In this document: one piece after another, positions 58,872 to 64,000 of the stretch
Position numbering within the stretch: position 1 is the stretch's first letter
Layout: each line of letters opens with the position of its first letter
NCBI GenBank assembly: GCA_964642155.1
Contig: CAZXNT010000003.1
Span: 64,899-128,898 of the forward strand
DNA length: 64,000 nt
Source of the DNA: an uncultured Candidatus Saccharibacteria bacterium
Lineage (GTDB): Bacteria > Patescibacteriota > Minisyncoccia > UBA6257 > UBA9933
Direction: 5' to 3'
Position numbers and translations under genes: made by a program
Notes under the pieces: model-generated
The model's input: the letters and a program-made list of their open reading frames with translations, nothing else
The model's database searches: none
What the model was told of the DNA's origin: nothing

Positions 58872-59489
58872 TTATATTTTTAAATTATAAAAATCAATAG
58901 TTTTGATAATTTCTTTTATTAAATCTAAATCTATGCCGCCAAAATTTATAAGAAGATAATTTTTATCTACTTCTGATATTTTAATCGGTTTAGGATATTT
59001 TATGATTAAAGCAGCTGATTTATATGAATCATCTTTTGATGTAAAACTTTCAGAAATTATTAATCGTCCTTCCTGCCCATTAATTTGTAATTTCTCAATT
59101 ACGGGATACGCGCCGTATGGTTGCATTCTTTGATTAATTTCATCATAAACAATATCATCCATTGTTATTTCACTTTCTAAAAAAGACGATATAAAAATCA
59201 TCTCTCCTTTATCTCCACTAACCCCTGAATCATTAACACCCCCTGAATCACTAACTGAGTAGTTCCAAAAAACCGGATGTTTAAAAGTAATTCTATAAAT
59301 TGGCGAAGAATAAACGCTCCAATTTATAGTTTTATCCGCAGAAATTTTTTCGATGTTATTTTTTTGGATATTATCGTAAATAAGTTGACTTCGTATTTGG
59401 TATTTGTTCTCAATTTTTTTATAAATTAAAAAAAATATTGTAATAAAAATTATTGCCGTTAAAAAAATAACAAGATTTTTCTTATTCAT
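58872..59489 (-). CDS. Membrane-anchored hypothetical protein (PsbP-like start)
   Basis: TM helix, WSVYSSPIYRITFKHP, IIKTIDF. Confidence 0.65.
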   Translation of the reverse strand: MNKKNLVIFLTAIIFITIFFLIYKKIENKYQIRSQLIYDNIQKNNIEKISADKTINWSVYSSPIYRITFKHPVFWNYSVSDSGGVNDSGVSGDKGEMIFISSFLESEITMDDIVYDEINQRMQPYGAYPVIEKLQINGQEGRLIISESFTSKDDSYKSAALIIKYPKPIKISEVDKNYLLINFGGIDLDLIKEIIKTIDFYNLKI

Positions 59490-59600
59490 GTTTTTATTTA
59501 AAATTCAAAATTAAAATAAGCGAAACTTAACGATAAAATAACGAAAACAAATGCTGATTTTTTAAACATAATTTAATATTTTTATTTACATTTCGACTTT

Positions 59601-60224
59601 TTATAATTTAATTTTTTCCGCTAAAACGAAAATTGAATGTGAAATTGGATATATTCTACCATAATATCCAATCTTAACAGCTTTTAAACCGTTTTTATTT
59701 AACAAATTTAATAATGTCTTTTTTGAGAAAAATCTAATATGAGCGCCAGTTGGATTAAAATGTTTATTAAAAGCGAAAATTGTAATCAATAAATTTTTTA
59801 TAAAACAATGATAAGGAGTTGTGAGTAATATTTTACTACTTGGCCGTAAAATGCGAGCAATTTCCATAAAAGCATTTTCCGTATCATAAATATGTTCGAT
59901 AACTTCTGAAGAAAAGATAAAATCGACTATTTCATTATTAAGAGGGAATTTCTCGCCATCGCTGATTTTATAGAATTCAACATCCGGCAAATCTTTTTTC
60001 GCTTGTTCTAATGCCGCCTCAGAAACATCAAGGCCTATTAATTTCGCCTTGGGATTTATTTTTTTTATTTCTCCTAAAATTTTCCCGTTTCCACAGCCAA
60101 AATCAACAATCACAACATTATTATTCAATGGAATATAATTTTTCAATTTAGGCCATTTAAGCGCGAAATCGCTTAAATAATCATCTTGCCCCTTCCAATA
60201 ATTTTCATAAAATTTTTTAGTCAT
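59601..60224 (-). CDS. Class I SAM-dependent methyltransferase
   Basis: VDFGCGNG, GLDVS, SEVIEH, LTTP. Confidence 0.9.
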   Translation of the reverse strand: MTKKFYENYWKGQDDYLSDFALKWPKLKNYIPLNNNVVIVDFGCGNGKILGEIKKINPKAKLIGLDVSEAALEQAKKDLPDVEFYKISDGEKFPLNNEIVDFIFSSEVIEHIYDTENAFMEIARILRPSSKILLTTPYHCFIKNLLITIFAFNKHFNPTGAHIRFFSKKTLLNLLNKNGLKAVKIGYYGRIYPISHSIFVLAEKIKL

Positions 60225-60311
60225 ATCATTAAAATCACTTCAAAATTTTCAAAAACTTGTTGTTTTTTATCCATTAATGAATTATAGCTCTTTAAAATTA
60301 AAAAACAATTA

Positions 60312-61103
60312 TTATTTTGATTTATTTTTATGCTCATAAATTTTCGCGTCCACAAGAAAACGATACCAAAAAGCCTGTAAAAAGTGAAATATCAGGCCTT
60401 CTTTGCCGTCCAAAAAGCCCAAGCGGAAAAAATAACGATAAATAAAATAAAGGAAAGCTCGGCAAAAAATCGGCAGATGGTAATAAAATTTCTTTTTACC
60501 GCACCCATAATCGTCGCTAATCGTAGCCACCATTTCTCTCGTGGAATAATTGTTATGCTTGGCAACCCACCATTCCAAATTTTTTTTATTGTCATCAATA
60601 AAATCGTTTTTCAATTTTCCGGATTTGCCCTTCAGTAAAACAATATGTTCGTCCATTGCTCTTTGTTCGGAACGCGCCTTGCCTTTTTTAAATAATCTTA
60701 AAAACCAAACCGGATAATAAGCGCCGTGCTTTATCCAGCGACCCATAAAATAAACCTTTCGCTTAATATAAAAACCGGTTATTGATGGCTGCGTCTTCGG
60801 CAAAACTTCGTTGATTTCATTTTTAAGTTCTTTCGTTAAATATTCATCCGCATCTAATCGTAAAATCCAATCGTTTTTGATTTTTATATTATCCAAAGAC
60901 CAATTGAATTGCTGCGCCTGATTTTCAAATTTATGCTGAAAAATTTTACATCCGTATTTTTGGGCAATTTCCAACGTTTTATCAGTCGAAAAAGAATCAA
61001 CAATAAAAATCTCATCCGCCCAATCGCCGATGTTTTTCAACAACCGCTCAATATGAATTTCTTCGTTATAAGTTAAAATTATAACACTAAGAGGAAATTT
61101 CAT
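60312..61103 (-). CDS. GT2 glycosyltransferase
   Basis: ILTYNEE, VDSFSTD, RLDADE, GFLDG. Confidence 0.92.
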   Translation of the reverse strand: MKFPLSVIILTYNEEIHIERLLKNIGDWADEIFIVDSFSTDKTLEIAQKYGCKIFQHKFENQAQQFNWSLDNIKIKNDWILRLDADEYLTKELKNEINEVLPKTQPSITGFYIKRKVYFMGRWIKHGAYYPVWFLRLFKKGKARSEQRAMDEHIVLLKGKSGKLKNDFIDDNKKNLEWWVAKHNNYSTREMVATISDDYGCGKKKFYYHLPIFCRAFLYFIYRYFFRLGFLDGKEGLIFHFLQAFWYRFLVDAKIYEHKNKSK

Positions 61104-61111
61104 TTTTTATA

Positions 61112-62314
61112 TTAATAATTATTTACTATCTTTTTAAATTTTTCAATCATTTTGTCGGTAACCTTATTAAAATCAAATTTTTCTTTTGCCAATATTTTCC
61201 CGTTTTTGCTTAAATCTTGGGCTAATTCTTTATTGTCAATAATTTTAATAATAGCTTCACTAAGTCGCAAGACGTCGCCAGCCGGAATAACCAAGCCTCC
61301 ACTTGTTTCTGTTATTTCATTATGAACCCCGACCGTATCGGTGGTAATAACCGGCAATCCGCAAACCATCGCTTCAACTATCGCCATCCCGAAATTTTCC
61401 GAATATGACGGTAAAACAAAAATATCGCTGCCGCTCAACGCTTCCAATTTTTCTTTACCCGTGAGCATTCCAGTAAAAGTTATTTTTTCTCCCTCTAAAA
61501 CTCCTTCGTTTTTAAACCATTCTTTAACTTTCTTTTTAAAACTATCCGGTCCGTCTCCCACAACCAATAAATGGACATCATTTCTTTGTTTAATCACATT
61601 TCCATACGCCTTCGCCAAAACATCCAAACCCTTTTTCCAATCCAACCGACCCAAAAATAATATTACTTTTTTATCTTTAAGCATAGGATATTTATCCCTT
61701 AAAACTCTTTTTGCCGGAAGATTATCAAATTCCGACAAATCAAGGCCATTGGGAATAATAAAAGTTTTATTGTTTTTTATTCCTAAAAAAGAATGGCCTT
61801 TTTTGAATTCATCTATACTTGTGTAATGAATGGCCGCCGCCCCTTCCAAATCTCTTTTTGTAATTAATTTATAATAAGGCCATTTCTTCCAAATTTTTTT
61901 ATTAAAAGTATACGGATAAAATATTCCCCGTGGCGCGATAATATAAGGTTTTTTATATTTTCGGCAATAATAACTTGCGATAGCGGTCGGATAATTCCAA
62001 ACTGCTGAAATATAAATCAAATCAAAATTCGGCACATTCTCTTTTAGCGCCTTGCTTAAAGGAACGGAAAATTGCCAGCCAGTCGGCCCGAAAAATTCAA
62101 AAAATTTTAAAAATGAAAAGTAGGTGACCCTAACGCCGTCTATTAAGACTTCTTTATTCGCGATAACTTTATCTTTTAACCCGACATTTGTAGTATATAC
62201 CGCTATATCAATTCCTTTTTGGACAAATGATTTATTCAAATTATGGACCGAAGCAATAGGCCCTCCGAATTGGAAAGCTGGATAATATGACGGAATTACG
62301 CAAAGAATTTTCAT
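61112..62314 (-). CDS. GT4 glycosyltransferase
   Basis: GGP, IPNG, LGRLDWKKG, SYSENFGMAIVEAM. Confidence 0.92.
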   Translation of the reverse strand: MKILCVIPSYYPAFQFGGPIASVHNLNKSFVQKGIDIAVYTTNVGLKDKVIANKEVLIDGVRVTYFSFLKFFEFFGPTGWQFSVPLSKALKENVPNFDLIYISAVWNYPTAIASYYCRKYKKPYIIAPRGIFYPYTFNKKIWKKWPYYKLITKRDLEGAAAIHYTSIDEFKKGHSFLGIKNNKTFIIPNGLDLSEFDNLPAKRVLRDKYPMLKDKKVILFLGRLDWKKGLDVLAKAYGNVIKQRNDVHLLVVGDGPDSFKKKVKEWFKNEGVLEGEKITFTGMLTGKEKLEALSGSDIFVLPSYSENFGMAIVEAMVCGLPVITTDTVGVHNEITETSGGLVIPAGDVLRLSEAIIKIIDNKELAQDLSKNGKILAKEKFDFNKVTDKMIEKFKKIVNNY

Positions 62315-63693
62315 GCTGTTGATGTCGCTAATTTGTTTAAATTAAATAAAACGCCGATAAAAAACCATAAAGTTGCCAATGTGGTGGCATCGCCGAATGT
62401 CTGATGATGCAAAAATGAAAACCATATTAACATTAAAAAGGAAAATGTAGAAATTGCAACTGCTAAATTCCTTAAGGGAGAGATATTTAATTTCTTGATT
62501 TCTTTTTTCGTCCGATAAAATAAATACCCCCAGAAAAAATAAAAAATAATCAGTCCCGCGAATCCAAGCTCAAAAATAATCTTGCTAACGCCATTTTCAA
62601 ACCAAGAATCAGTCCTTAATTCTTGCGTTTGATATCGAATCCAATCCAAACCGCCGGGAATATAATCCAAGCCCTGAGACATTGTCCCGGCTCCATTCCC
62701 AAACAGCTTCGCTTCGGGAAATGTCCTGTTAAATTCCTTAAACATCATCGAAGGAATTCTTTCTTGAAAAGCGTAATAAAATGCCGTTATTTGGAATATT
62801 CCCAAATCACTGATTATAAAAACCATTAATCCTGCCAACGCCAATATTGAAACTAATAAAGACGCTTTAACCCGGCTATTGCGCCACAAAGAAAATATTT
62901 TATTATTTTTAACATAAACGGCGGATATTATAAATAAAACAATTCCCATTATTGTTAAAACAAAAGCGCTGCGGCTGCCGCTTAAAATTATCCCCAAGAA
63001 AGCGGAAATAGTGGAAATTATCAAAATTTTACTCTTTTTTATTGTTAAAAGCCCCACCCCTAGAAAAAATAATAACATTGAGAAGCGAGCATATCTGTGA
63101 GCGCTACCGAAAACTGATGATAATAATGGTATTTTTTCGCTTTCCACCAAAGTGAAATTATGAAATTGATGACCCGTTGACAAAGACCTTAAAAAAACAA
63201 TATTTGAATCCCAGAATAAATATTGAAATATGATTAATGCAAAAAGCGGAATGGCCGCATAAACCAAAATTCGGCAAAATTTCAATAATTTTTCTTTATC
63301 ATCAAACATATGATAACCCAAAAACGCCAATGGCAAATACCACAAATAATGACGCAATCCAATCGCGCCAAAAAATAAATTTGGCGCGTTATAATTAAAA
63401 ACTTCTATCAAGACGAATCCGATAAATAATAAAAGAGGGACAATAAATGAAGGCTGCCAAATTTTTTTCTTTTTTATTGCCATTATCGCTAAAAAAGAAA
63501 AATAAGTTAAAAAAATCAGAATATCCTTAATTAGCATTATTTGACCCGGTTGGCCGGGAACAAGCCGACGAATTACATCTTCAATTAAAAGCCAACTGAA
63601 TATTAAAATAACCCCCGTCTGCCAACGACGCAAAATAACGGCGGCAATTAAAAAAAATAAAGGAATTACAATAAATAAATATTCGTTAATCAT
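62311..63693 (-). CDS. Wzy/O-antigen ligase-like membrane protein
   Basis: Multi-TM, SGSRS, FGNGAG, ELGFAG; ATG 63693 preferred. Confidence 0.75.
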   Translation of the reverse strand: MINEYLFIVIPLFFLIAAVILRRWQTGVILIFSWLLIEDVIRRLVPGQPGQIMLIKDILIFLTYFSFLAIMAIKKKKIWQPSFIVPLLLFIGFVLIEVFNYNAPNLFFGAIGLRHYLWYLPLAFLGYHMFDDKEKLLKFCRILVYAAIPLFALIIFQYLFWDSNIVFLRSLSTGHQFHNFTLVESEKIPLLSSVFGSAHRYARFSMLLFFLGVGLLTIKKSKILIISTISAFLGIILSGSRSAFVLTIMGIVLFIISAVYVKNNKIFSLWRNSRVKASLLVSILALAGLMVFIISDLGIFQITAFYYAFQERIPSMMFKEFNRTFPEAKLFGNGAGTMSQGLDYIPGGLDWIRYQTQELRTDSWFENGVSKIIFELGFAGLIIFYFFWGYLFYRTKKEIKKLNISPLRNLAVAISTFSFLMLIWFSFLHHQTFGDATTLATLWFFIGVLFNLNKLATSTA

Positions 63694-64000
63694 TTTTATA
63701 AGCGAAAATTTCGTTAATTCCATCCAAACTGTTGCCCGCAATTGATTTCAGACCATATCCCGCATTTTTAAGAAAATCACAGCAATTTTTATGGATTTTA
63801 TCGTCAAATATATGAATAGACAAAAATATCGCGGGCCCGTATTTTTTTAAAATAAAAGCGGCGCCTTTTAAAACGGAGAATTCCGCTCCTTCAACGTCAA
63901 TTTTGATAATATTCGGCGCCGACAATTTTCCGCTTTTAACCAAATTATCAAGAACAACTGTTTTTACTTCAAATCCTTTATTTTTGACAATTTTAGCGTA
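63686..64000 (-). CDS. FkbM family methyltransferase, C-terminal part (runs off right edge)
   Basis: LDNL, PNIIKIDVEGAEFSVLKG. Confidence 0.85.
   Translation of the reverse strand, partial: YAKIVKNKGFEVKTVVLDNLVKSGKLSAPNIIKIDVEGAEFSVLKGAAFILKKYGPAIFLSIHIFDDKIHKNCCDFLKNAGYGLKSIAGNSLDGINEIFAYKND

Noticed and set aside
58754-60400. Diversity-generating retroelement TR/VR pair
   Set aside because: Differences are not adenine-specific and no reverse transcriptase is present
1286-62829. Numerous short antisense or out-of-frame ORFs in the track (e.g. 4671-5093, 17426-17968, 38642-39271, 50426-50818, 61341-61826)
   Set aside because: Shadow ORFs of well-supported genes with no recognisable motifs

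Overview
AT-rich bacterial chromosome segment, standard code 11. Gene content points to a Patescibacteria/CPR (Parcubacteria-like) genome (inference): VirB2-like pilin array, type IV pilus genes, NUDIX-inserted LeuRS, tRNA-Ile(UAU), mostly SD-less core genes. Backbone: rnhA (partial), pgk, lepA, tpiA, murB, raiA, secA, pilB/pilC plus minor pilins, 5'-3' exonuclease, rpmH-rnpA-yidC-R3H, gyrA, rpsA, ftsH, leuS, trxB, and a surface-polysaccharide cluster running off the right end. Four tRNAs: Gly-CCC, Ile-UAU, Val-UAC, Ser-CGA. Strongest unusual signals: (1) a ~2.75 kb large-serine-recombinase element between tRNA-Ile and tRNA-Val that carries a complete inverted copy of its own attP plus a mosaic of short inverted pieces of its recombinase gene, so a flip would swap the recombinase C-terminus; (2) five orphan gene units sharing promoter + boxA-like motif + strong SD + terminator; (3) two TrpR-like genes, each embedded in four copies of a palindrome, both inside pilin loci; (4) many short tandem or palindromic repeats inserted in-frame into essential enzymes; (5) a candidate pair of complementary small RNAs and several micro-ORFs. 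All calls are by eye from sequence and motifs; no database searches were run.
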